From Nitrospinota bacterium (GTDB lineage Bacteria > Nitrospinota > Nitrospinia > Nitrospinales > VA-1): a stretch of DNA of 18,938 nt. The stretch's first letter is position 1. The number at the start of each line of letters is the position of its first letter. The position numbers and the translations under genes were made by a program. Below, one piece after another: positions 8,157 to 16,178 of the stretch. The stretch spans positions 76,974 to 95,911 of the forward strand of contig JAYNIA010000006.1 in assembly GCA_038108555.1 (NCBI GenBank). Direction: 5' to 3'. A model generated the notes under the pieces. That model was not told the DNA's origin, made no database searches, and saw only the letters and a program-made list of their open reading frames with translations.

Positions 8157-9668
8157 GTGTTCTATTTGTTTCGTCCCATCATTAAATTTTTCGGCTTCTT
8201 TTCCCTGGCGGGATTTTTGTTGTTTTTTGTTTTTTTGGTTCCGGTTTTTGCCGATGAATCCAAAACGATTGAAAGACTCATTGAGTTGACAGAGCCCAGG
8301 GGGCATGCGGCACAGGAAAAAGAGGCCCGATTGAATGCAGGAGAAAAGGCCTACCTGCAGTTTTGTGTGCATTGCCATGGAGGTCAAGGCCAGGGAGATG
8401 GCAAAGCTTCTGGTTATTTGCGACCCCTCCCTAGAGATCTTTCCCTAGGGATTTTTAAATTCCGTTCCACACCGAGCAATGCCATTCCCCGAGATGAAGA
8501 TTTATACCAAACAATAAAAAAGGGGGTGCCGGGAACTGCCATGCCTGCATGGGGCGAGGTTTTAACCGAAGAAACTCTGGCAAGCCTGGTGGAATACATC
8601 AAAAACTTTTCCAGCCGATTTGAAATTGAAACACCAGACTTCAAAATGCCCGTTGGCCTCGAGCCTCCTTACGAAAACCGTTCCATTGAAAAAGGAAGGA
8701 TTTTGTACAAGGAACTGAGATGTGGAAGATGTCATGGTGAAAGTGGAGAGCGGTCCGGACGACTGGAGAACAAACTGACCGATGCCTGGGGAAACCCATC
8801 GGTGGTTTATGATTTAAAACAACCCTGGTTGTATAAGGCGGGTTCTTCTTCGGAAGAGATTTGTCACACCCTGGTGACCGGAATGGATGGGACCCCTATG
8901 AGTGCATATGATTATGTTCCTGCAGGGGATCTATGGCATTTAGTTCATTTCCTTAAATCTCAGCAGAGTGGGGAAAAAATTCCTTCTGCTCAAATGTCGC
9001 AAAAGCTGATTTCTCATCCCACATCTAAAAAATTCAACTTGTCTCCCGAAGACAGTGTCTGGAATGAGGTAGAAAGTGTTCCTGTTAAACTCAGGTCATT
9101 GCAATCTGCTATTGAGCGTCCTTCAATTGTACATGCTCAGTCTCTTCATAATTCCAAACAAATTGCTTTTCGTTTGAAATGGAAAGATGAAAGTCCCGAA
9201 ACGGCCCAATCCGGTGGAGGGTTTTATATGGATGCCGCAGCATTGCAATTTTCTTCGATGGCTAATTTTGATTCGATTTATTATGGCATGGGAGAAAATC
9301 AAAAGTCGGTAAACATTTGGCATTGGAAAGCAGATTCCTTTCAAGAGGGGCATGGACAAATTAATTCCGGTAAAAAGGTTTCGGTGAACCCTTTCAGCGA
9401 AAAATCAGTCGAAGAAATGAATGCAAGTGGATTTGGAACGCTCACCGTGCAATCATTGGAAGATCAGCAGTTGGTGGGGGAGGGAGCATGGAAGGACGGA
9501 TGGTGGACCGTAGTTTTTCTGAGGAATTTAAAAACGGAAAGTCCTTTTGATATCCAATTTTTAAAACCCAGAAATATCCTGATTGCTTTTGCCCTTTGGA
9601 ATGGGAAACAGAAAGAGAAAAACGCGAATAAAAAAGTGAGTTTCTGGCAGCAACTTGTTATTCCCTGA
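8157..9668 (+). CDS. Diheme cytochrome c fused to an ethylbenzene-dehydrogenase-gamma-like (DMSO reductase type II heme b) domain
   Basis: Signal/anchor, then two class I cytochrome c domains (CVHCH 8364 with GTAMPAW; CGRCH 8721 with GTPMSAY). C-terminal IAFRLKWKD, DAAALQF, GMG, VNIWHWKA, WTVVFLRNL, IAFALWNG...KKVSFW resemble the EbdC-type heme b domain. Confidence 0.88.
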   Translation: MFYLFRPIIKFFGFFSLAGFLLFFVFLVPVFADESKTIERLIELTEPRGHAAQEKEARLNAGEKAYLQFCVHCHGGQGQGDGKASGYLRPLPRDLSLGIFKFRSTPSNAIPRDEDLYQTIKKGVPGTAMPAWGEVLTEETLASLVEYIKNFSSRFEIETPDFKMPVGLEPPYENRSIEKGRILYKELRCGRCHGESGERSGRLENKLTDAWGNPSVVYDLKQPWLYKAGSSSEEICHTLVTGMDGTPMSAYDYVPAGDLWHLVHFLKSQQSGEKIPSAQMSQKLISHPTSKKFNLSPEDSVWNEVESVPVKLRSLQSAIERPSIVHAQSLHNSKQIAFRLKWKDESPETAQSGGGFYMDAAALQFSSMANFDSIYYGMGENQKSVNIWHWKADSFQEGHGQINSGKKVSVNPFSEKSVEEMNASGFGTLTVQSLEDQQLVGEGAWKDGWWTVVFLRNLKTESPFDIQFLKPRNILIAFALWNGKQKEKNANKKVSFWQQLVIP

Positions 9669-9725
9669 GGAAAGAAAGTTTAAACCTCTTGGCCAAACTA
9701 AAGAGGGTTAGAGTAGAATAAAAAT

Positions 9726-10544
9726 ATGGAAATACAACAAATTCGATTTGCAGTTTTTCTGGGAGTATTCCTTTTAATGCTGGGTTTGGAATCAGTTATC
9801 CAAAGGCACCCCACCGTTGACTCCAAAAAAAACCGTCTAAAAATAAATCTCGCTTTAACAGGGATAGATATTCTGGTTGTTAAACTTTTGTTTGGAGCCG
9901 CTGCCGTAGGTGCGGCTCAGTTTGCAGAGGAAAGAGGTTGGGGTCTTTTCAACTATTTAAATTGGTGGCACGGTCTGGAAACCATTTTGGTTGTCGTTAT
10001 CCTGGACTTCATGATTTACATTCAGCACATAGTGGTCCATATGGTGCCTTTATTCTGGCGGTTTCATGTTGTCCATCACTCTGATCTTGATTTGGATGTT
10101 TCCTCGGGTTTGCGGTTTCACCCGATTGAAATTATGGGGTCCATGTTATTTAAAATTGGTTTGGTTTTTGCCTTGGGTCCTTCCCCCATGGCGGTGGTTA
10201 TCTTTGAAGCAATATTAAATGGAATGGCTCAATTTTCTCACTCAAATATAACGCTTCCTGAAAAATTGGACCGATTGTTGCGTTATTTTATAGTCACACC
10301 GGATATGCATCGAATTCACCATTCCATTGAAAAAATGGAAACCAATTCCAATTTTGGGTTTAACCTTTCTATATGGGATCGATTTTTAGGAACCTATATT
10401 CAGGATGCAAAAAAAGAACAACCGAAAATAATAATTGGGGTGGATCAGTATAGAACCAGTGAGGAAGTGTCATTAAAAAACTTATTGATGATGCCCTTTC
10501 TTAAAACTCCTCAAAGATATTCGCTTTTCCCTAATAAGGATTAA
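9726..10544 (+). CDS. Sterol desaturase / fatty acid hydroxylase family membrane protein
   Basis: His boxes HIVVH, HVVHH, QFSHSN and HRIHH; NFGFNLSIWDRFLGTY. Confidence 0.92.
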   Translation: MEIQQIRFAVFLGVFLLMLGLESVIQRHPTVDSKKNRLKINLALTGIDILVVKLLFGAAAVGAAQFAEERGWGLFNYLNWWHGLETILVVVILDFMIYIQHIVVHMVPLFWRFHVVHHSDLDLDVSSGLRFHPIEIMGSMLFKIGLVFALGPSPMAVVIFEAILNGMAQFSHSNITLPEKLDRLLRYFIVTPDMHRIHHSIEKMETNSNFGFNLSIWDRFLGTYIQDAKKEQPKIIIGVDQYRTSEEVSLKNLLMMPFLKTPQRYSLFPNKD

Positions 10545-10553
10545 GAGGTCATT

Positions 10554-11984
10554 ATGGCTAATCGCTTAACAAAAATTGTTGCAACACTAGGTCCTGCAAG
10601 CGGAAATAAATCAGCTATCAAAAGTCTGGTGGCAAAAGGAGTAAATATTTTCAGACTGAATCTTTCCCATGGCGATCATGAAACTGCCCGCCAGTGGATT
10701 CAATAAATTCGTGAGGTTGAGTCGGAACATCATTCCTGTGTTGGAATTTTGTTGGACCTGCAAGGACCAAAAATAAGAGTGGGGAAATTTAAAGGTGGTT
10801 CTATTTCTCTTAAGCGGGGCCAAAGGCTGACCTTTTCAACAGGAATAAATATAGGAGAAGGTGATCAGGTACCCGTCCAGTATGCGCGTTTTCATCAAGA
10901 AGTTTCCAGGGGAGGAAGAATTTTCCTGGATGATGGAAAAATAAGCGGGGTGGTCAAGCAGGTTAAAGGTAAGGAGGTTGAGGTAGAAATCCAGACGGGA
11001 GGAGTTTTGTCGGATCACAAGGGAATCAATTTGCCGGATGCGAAACTGACAGCAGATCCCATTACCGCCAAGGATAAGGCGGATCTTAAGTTTGGTGTTC
11101 AGGAAGGGGTGGACCTGGTGGCACTTTCATTCACCGGTTGCGCGAAAGATGTAAAGCGCCTGAAAAGTATGATCCGAAAGCATGGAAGCCAGGGAATTGA
11201 GGTGATTGCCAAAATTGAGCGAAAGCAAGCGGTCGATAATCTAGAAGAAATTATTGAAGAGGCCGATGGGGTCATGGTTGCGCGAGGTGATTTGGGGATC
11301 GAAGTTTCTCTTACAGAGGTTCCTATCGTTCAGCAACGAATATTAAGGGAGGGGGCCAGGCGCTCAAAACCGGTAATTGTTGCGACGCAAATGTTGGAGT
11401 CGATGATTGAAAATCCTCAACCCACTCGTGCCGAGGTTTCTGATGTAGCCAATGCGGTTATGGATTGTGCCGATGCTATCATGCTTTCTGGTGAAACAGC
11501 GGTAGGGAAAAATGCGGTGGGTGCAGTAGGGGTGATGGTTGAAACTGCATTGAAAACGGAGGCATATCTGGCAGAAACGCAAGGCATTGACCCCTGGAAT
11601 ATTCATATGGAAAAGGAACCTACCATCAATGCCGGGATTACTTATTCTGCGAATAAGATGGTTGAGTTGCTGCATGCCAAAGCCATTGTGGTGTTTACTC
11701 ATAGTGGTGGCACGGCTAAAATGGTGGCCAGTTCCAAGCCCCGGGTTCCGATTTTTGCCTTCACCCCCAGCTTGCATCGTGCCCGTTTGTTGAATTTGAT
11801 TCGAGGCACCATTCCCTTTGTTGTGGAGGAAGACAAACATTTATTGTTACATATGGAACAACTTATTATTATGTTAAAGAAAAGACGTTTTTTAAAAAAG
11901 GGTGACAAGGTGGTGATCACGACCGGGATTCCTGTGGGAATTCCAAATTGGACCAATATCATTCGTGTCGAGGAGGTCTCTTAA
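10554..11984 (+). pseudogene. pyk: Pyruvate kinase with an in-frame TAA at codon 51 (pseudogene or sequencing error)
   Basis: ATG 10554 (GAGG RBS) gives [16 protein letters not shown]...[23 protein letters not shown]...LLDLQGPKIR. TAA is at 10704-10706. The rest is in frame and intact (IAKIE, MVARGDLGIE, ATQMLESM, MLSGETA). Confidence 0.9.
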
Positions 11985-12030
11985 CGGTGAGCCTTTTAAC
12001 AAAACTGAATAAAATATTTTGTATCTGATT

Positions 12031-12240
12031 ATGTCTCCACGATACTATATTGGTACTACGGTTCTGATCGGGGTCTTGACCTTTGCTATCAGTTACTGGA
12101 GAAAAAAGCAGACAGGAAAAGAAATTTTTGAAGTGTTTCTTAAAGTGTTCGCCGCTGTAGTGGCTATTTTTGGCGGGGTTTGGGCATTTGCCTGGCTTCT
12201 TGCTTATTTTGGGATTGCCCAATCAGGATTTATTATATGA
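12031..12240 (+). CDS. Small two-TM membrane protein (~69 aa)
   Basis: MSPRYYIGTTVLIGVLTFAISYW...VFAAVVAIFGGVWAFAWLLAYFGI; its stop overlaps the next start (ATGA). Confidence 0.75.
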   Translation: MSPRYYIGTTVLIGVLTFAISYWRKKQTGKEIFEVFLKVFAAVVAIFGGVWAFAWLLAYFGIAQSGFII

Positions 12241-12467
12241 GTACTCAGCCGTCCGATTTTTCAGGATATATGATCCTGGTCCTGGTTCTTTCTTTCTTCG
12301 TGATTTCCTACTTTATGGGAATGCTGGTTCATTCAGCATGGATGTACGAAGATAAGGGGAGTGTTAAAAAAGACAGTAAAACAGGTTGGATACTCTGTAT
12401 GATAGCGGGTACCGGTATCACCGGTTGGATGTTTTATTACGGCTATTATGTAAACTTTCTACGTTAA
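12237..12467 (+). CDS. Small two-TM membrane protein (76 aa)
   Basis: ATG 12237 in an ATGA overlap; MSTQPSDFSGYMILVLVLSFFVISYFMGMLVH...GWILCMIAGTGITGWMFYYGYY. Confidence 0.75.
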   Translation: MSTQPSDFSGYMILVLVLSFFVISYFMGMLVHSAWMYEDKGSVKKDSKTGWILCMIAGTGITGWMFYYGYYVNFLR

Positions 12468-12471
12468 AAAA

Positions 12472-12822
12472 TTATCCTGCAAGTAAATCCACCAGGCGCT
12501 GGCAATCATTTTTATATCCCAGAATTTCCTCGTTTTCCTCTTCGCTCAAGTCATCCGTCAGATTGTCTTCAATCAACTCAATGGCATCATTCAATCCGCC
12601 TGCAACGATATCGAGATCTGTTTCTGTTAACGCATACATCGAACCATTGGTTTTGAGTTTTTCAAAAACCCGGGAATATTTCTCCTTATAGTTTATGAGT
12701 GAATTTTTTTGCTCTGGGCTCAGCTCATTCTTAAGTTCACTGGTCATGTCTGAGATAGAATCATTAAGAGCCATTTTTATGGTCTCTATGTCATTGTCTG
12801 TAATTGATGCGAGTGATTTCAT
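12472..12822 (-). CDS. Hypothetical acidic helical protein made of two ~58-aa repeats
   Basis: AGGAAAG RBS; the two halves align (SITDNDIETIKMALNDSI...LSPEQ...YK vs ALTETDLDIVAGGLNDAI...LSEEE...YK). Confidence 0.85.
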   Translation of the reverse strand: MKSLASITDNDIETIKMALNDSISDMTSELKNELSPEQKNSLINYKEKYSRVFEKLKTNGSMYALTETDLDIVAGGLNDAIELIEDNLTDDLSEEENEEILGYKNDCQRLVDLLAG

Positions 12823-12947
12823 TCTTTCCTGCGGGAATCAAGTTGTCAAAGTTGTACTGGCCATCCAGTACTGGGTCTTTGATGTTTTACCACAAAGTCG
12901 ACCTCCGCCGCATGTAAAATTAATATAAAGAATGAAATAGGTGGGAT

Positions 12948-13013
12948 TCAAAAAAAATAGGCCGGCTCCGTGGAAAAAACTCAATCCACGAGCCGGCGAA
13001 TCTATTTTTTTGA
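12948..13013 (-). terminator. Rho-independent terminator after Hsp20 (symmetric, possibly bidirectional)
   Basis: A-tract, GCCGGCTCCGTGGA, loop, TCCACGAGCCGGC, then T-tract. Confidence 0.8.
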
Positions 13014-13018
13014 TGAAA

Positions 13019-13453
13019 TTATGAGGTGGTTTTAACCTCAATTTTTTGTGGTTTTACCTTCTCATGTTTCGGTAAATCGACTTTTAGAACCCCATTGTCG
13101 ATTTTGGCTGAGACCTTTTCGGTATCCACCCGGTCACTCAGTCGGAAGCTTCTTTCGAAACTCTGGCTGCTGAACTCCCGAATATGGTAATTTTCCTTTT
13201 CTTTTTCAGATTCATCTTCCTTGTGGCCCTTAATGGTTAAAATGCCATTATGGACTTCAATATGAATATCTTTGTCTTTCATTCCCGGCGTTTCCGCTTC
13301 TAAATGAAAGGAATGTTTGTCTTCGGTCACATTAACCTTCGGCAAAACGGTCTCCGTATCCGATCGCCATCGATAGGGTTTTGCATTGAAAAACCGATCC
13401 GTATCAAAGATTTTTTCTAAAGCTTCTTCTGGGTGCCAAGTTACGAGACTCAT
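13019..13453 (-). CDS. Small heat shock protein (Hsp20/alpha-crystallin)
   Basis: PKVNVTED...ETPGM...NGILTIKG...FERSFRL...AKIDNGVLKVDLPK with C-terminal IEV motif. Start ATG 13453 behind GGAG. Confidence 0.95.
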   Translation of the reverse strand: MSLVTWHPEEALEKIFDTDRFFNAKPYRWRSDTETVLPKVNVTEDKHSFHLEAETPGMKDKDIHIEVHNGILTIKGHKEDESEKEKENYHIREFSSQSFERSFRLSDRVDTEKVSAKIDNGVLKVDLPKHEKVKPQKIEVKTTS

Positions 13454-13591
13454 GATTGTTTTCTCCAATTAAAAAATAGTTGGTTTTGGGTTTTGTCATG
13501 ATTCTCGGCCGAGATCATTTATCTTGTCTGCTAAATAGATAAAATCGGGGAAAGCGGATGTCAAGCAACGGGAAAAATTTCTCCTTAAAAA

Positions 13592-13600
13592 TGCTATAAT
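13592..13600 (+). promoter_or_regulatory. Extended -10 element upstream of the response regulator
   Basis: TGCTATAAT (TGn-TATAAT) about 65 nt before ATG 13664. Confidence 0.45.
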
Positions 13601-13663
13601 CTGCTCGATAAATTGAAGGAAGTTTGCCGGGTTTGATAATCGCTAATTGTTCGGGGGGACAAA

Positions 13664-14035
13664 ATGGATTATACAGTTTGTGTGGTGGAGGACGAACGAA
13701 CGACCAGAACGATGACCATTGAGTTGCTGAAAAAAATGGGAATCAATAAAATTGTCGCTTCCACAAATGGCGAAAATGCCCTGCAAAAACTGAAACTGCA
13801 AAAAGCCGACCTCATCATTTCTGACTGGCATATGCCGGTGATGGATGGCCTGGAGTTTTATAAAGCGATCAAAAAAGAAGAATCCCTTAAAAACACCCCT
13901 TTCATGATGGTGACGGTGGAAGACTCAAAAGAAAAGGTCATTGAAGCCTTAAAGCTGGGAATCCGCGATTACATCGTCAAACCACTTTCTAAAAAGAGTT
14001 TCGAAGAAAAGGTAAAATCCCTGCTGAAAATTTAA
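13664..14035 (+). CDS. Single-domain response regulator (CheY-like)
   Basis: VVEDE acidic pocket, ISDWHMPVMDG (phospho-Asp), MVT, YIVKP. Confidence 0.93.
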   Translation: MDYTVCVVEDERTTRTMTIELLKKMGINKIVASTNGENALQKLKLQKADLIISDWHMPVMDGLEFYKAIKKEESLKNTPFMMVTVEDSKEKVIEALKLGIRDYIVKPLSKKSFEEKVKSLLKI

Positions 14036-14109
14036 GTCGGTTCTAAAAATAAAAACAAAGGACTTATGGCTTCTGCTGTTTCTTTTTTTAATTTTTCCAA
14101 AAAAATGAA

Positions 14110-14293
14110 TTCGCTCCAGCCCGTAGGCGGGGGGAAGCTCAAGAAAAAAGTTTTAACCAAAATCTGGAATTGTTGCGCGAAGAAACTAAGCTCGCCCTGC
14201 GCGGAGCAGTGGAGGCTCGAAGAAAAAGTTTGAACCAAAACTTGAAAGCTCCGCCTGAGAAAACCTCGTTCGCTCCAGCCCGGAGGCTGGTGG
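14110..14293. repeat. Degenerate ~80-bp tandem repeat abutting the tRNA 3' end
   Basis: TTCGCTCCAGCCCG(T/G)AGGC at 14110 and 14269, with a decayed copy near 14191. GCTC..AGAAAAA.GTTT.AACCAAAA near 14137 and 14215. Confidence 0.6.
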
Positions 14294-14363
14294 GCCCAAC
14301 AGGATTCGAACCTGTGACCTACCGGTTATGAGCCGGGGGCTCTACCAACTGAGCTATAGGCCC
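14288..14363 (-). tRNA. tRNA-Ile2 (CAU anticodon, lysidine-modified, reads AUA)
   Basis: 76-nt cloverleaf GGGCCTATAGCTCAGTTGGTAGAGCCCCCGGCT-CAT-AACCGGTAGGTCACAGGTTCGAATCCTGTTGGGCCCACCA with encoded CCA. G1-C72 pair, so not an initiator. C4-G69/C5-G68 (TilS determinants) and C29-G41 favour Ile2 over elongator Met. Confidence 0.9.
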
Positions 14364-14372
14364 GTACCGCAA

Positions 14373-16130
14373 TCAGCTTTCGATAAAACTGCGCAACTTC
14401 TTGCTACGGCTTGGATGGCGGAGTTTTCTCAGCGCCTTGGCTTCTATCTGACGAATTCTTTCACGCGTTACTGCAAAATCCTGCCCGACTTCTTCCAGAG
14501 TATGCTCCGAATCCATTCCAATCCCGAACCGTTTGCGCAAGACACGCTCTTCTCTCGAAGCCAGGGTTGAAAGGACAGCCAGGGTCTGCTCCTTAAGGTT
14601 TCTTTTGACTACCGAGTCGATGGGTGAGAGGACTTTTTTGTCTTCAATAAAGTCGCCAAGATGGCTGTTTTCTTCTTCACCAATCGGGGTTTCCAATGAG
14701 ATCGGTTCCTTGGCAATTTTCAATACCTTGCGAACCTTGTCTACGGGGAGACTCATTTTGACGGCGATTTCATCAGGAGTCGGTTCCCTTCCCAGTTCCT
14801 GAACGAGATGCCGGGATACACGGATGAGTTTGTTGATCGTTTCGATCATATGAACCGGAATTCGGATGGTCCTCGCCTGGTCGGCAATGGCCCTTGTAAT
14901 GGCCTGTCGAATCCACCAGGTTGCATAGGTTGAGAACTTGTAGCCGCGTTGATATTCGAATTTATCCACCGCTTTCATCAGGCCGATATTTCCTTCCTGG
15001 ATGAGGTCGAGAAATTGAAGGCCCCGGCTGGTGTATTTTTTAGCGATACTGACCACCAGTCGCAGGTTCGCTTCTGCCAGTTCCCTCTTAGCGGTTTTTT
15101 CTTTCACGCGTCCACGTGCAATGGAGCGAACCGTTGCCAGTAAACTATCTTTGCTGGTGACGGTCTCTTTCTCAATTTTTTTGATTTTTCGACGACCGCC
15201 TTGGATCTGTTTCATGAAATTATCGTACTGGGCTCTGGTGACAACTTTACCTGTAGGCAGTTTTACGCTCTTTTGCTTGGCCCAGTTTTTTGCCAGCTTC
15301 TTCACACCGGCGAGGGACATGCGTAATTGCCTTTCGATATCTCGTTCGGTTTTTCCCGCTTCCCGATACTCGGCAGCAATTTCGTAGATTTTTTCGATGA
15401 TTTCATCCATCACGTCGTTGGAAAGCCCGAGATTCGTGATCATTTTTTCCACGACTTTTTGTTGCTTGGTCGCCTGATCCGTGACCTTCGTCTGCATTTT
15501 TTCAGATAACTTCGCTCCTTCTAACCGCACACGAAGTTTCTCCAGTTTCTGGCATTCGGTTTTTAAAGACTTGACCCGCTTCTGCAGGTTTTTGATTTCC
15601 TTCTTCTCTGTGGCCTCTTTTCCTTCTTCAGGCTCCGTGGCTTGAATGATGTCGAAAATCCGCAATTCTCCTGTTTTAACTCTGTTTGTCAGGTCAACAA
15701 ATTCACGAATGGTGACGCCACAATTTGCAACCGCACCGAGGACCTCGTTTTGACCGGCTTCAATCCGTTTGGCAATTTCCACTTCACCTTTTCGAGTTAG
15801 AAGGGAGATAGTTCCCATTTCACGGAGGTATAAACGAACCGGATCATCAATGGACACCGAGTCGGACTTCGCAATTTGTGCGTCTTCCTCGGAATCGTCT
15901 TTCTTATCCTCTTTTTCGGCAGCAATTTTTTCGCCTTTTAAGGAAGTATCAACAATGGCAATTTCGTTTTCACTGAAAAGGGCCATGAGGTCGTCAATCT
16001 GATCGGGCGTGACAACATCCGAAGGTAGAACATCGTTGACTTCTTCATAGGTCAGGTACCCTTTTTCCTTACCTTGTGAAACCAGTTGGTTGATTTCAGA
16101 TACATGGGTCAATTTTTCCATTGTGGCCAT
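14373..16130 (-). CDS. rpoD: RNA polymerase primary sigma factor RpoD
   Basis: Region 1.1 ([14 protein letters not shown]), 1.2 ([12 protein letters not shown]), 2 ([13 protein letters not shown]...[17 protein letters not shown]...[11 protein letters not shown]) and 4 (TLEEVG...[17 protein letters not shown]). Confidence 0.99.
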   Translation of the reverse strand: MATMEKLTHVSEINQLVSQGKEKGYLTYEEVNDVLPSDVVTPDQIDDLMALFSENEIAIVDTSLKGEKIAAEKEDKKDDSEEDAQIAKSDSVSIDDPVRLYLREMGTISLLTRKGEVEIAKRIEAGQNEVLGAVANCGVTIREFVDLTNRVKTGELRIFDIIQATEPEEGKEATEKKEIKNLQKRVKSLKTECQKLEKLRVRLEGAKLSEKMQTKVTDQATKQQKVVEKMITNLGLSNDVMDEIIEKIYEIAAEYREAGKTERDIERQLRMSLAGVKKLAKNWAKQKSVKLPTGKVVTRAQYDNFMKQIQGGRRKIKKIEKETVTSKDSLLATVRSIARGRVKEKTAKRELAEANLRLVVSIAKKYTSRGLQFLDLIQEGNIGLMKAVDKFEYQRGYKFSTYATWWIRQAITRAIADQARTIRIPVHMIETINKLIRVSRHLVQELGREPTPDEIAVKMSLPVDKVRKVLKIAKEPISLETPIGEEENSHLGDFIEDKKVLSPIDSVVKRNLKEQTLAVLSTLASREERVLRKRFGIGMDSEHTLEEVGQDFAVTRERIRQIEAKALRKLRHPSRSKKLRSFIES

Positions 16131-16178
16131 TAGGACAATTTCTCCTTACGCTAAGCGGTTGTTGAACATATAACGCTG

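Noticed and set aside
10704..10706. Stop-codon reassignment or Sec/Pyl readthrough in pyk
   Set aside because: The codon is TAA, which terminates many other genes here, and it is the only internal stop seen.
13503..13534. CIRCE (HrcA) operator upstream of Hsp20
   Set aside because: Only a partial left arm (TTAGCAGAC) on the minus strand; the right arm GATCTCGGC does not match GAGTGCTAA. The adjacent palindrome TCTCGGCCGAGA has no support as an operator.
14032..14238. 68-aa track ORF in the tRNA trailer
   Set aside because: Overlies the degenerate repeat region; no RBS or protein-like features.
12472..14287. Genomic island integrated at the tRNA
   Set aside because: No integrase, no clear distal att duplicate, and the flanking genes look chromosomal.
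14288..14363. tRNA-Met or fMet call from the CAU anticodon
   Set aside because: Paired G1-C72 and no three G-C anticodon pairs rule out initiator; C4-G69/C5-G68 and the position after rpoD favour Ile2.
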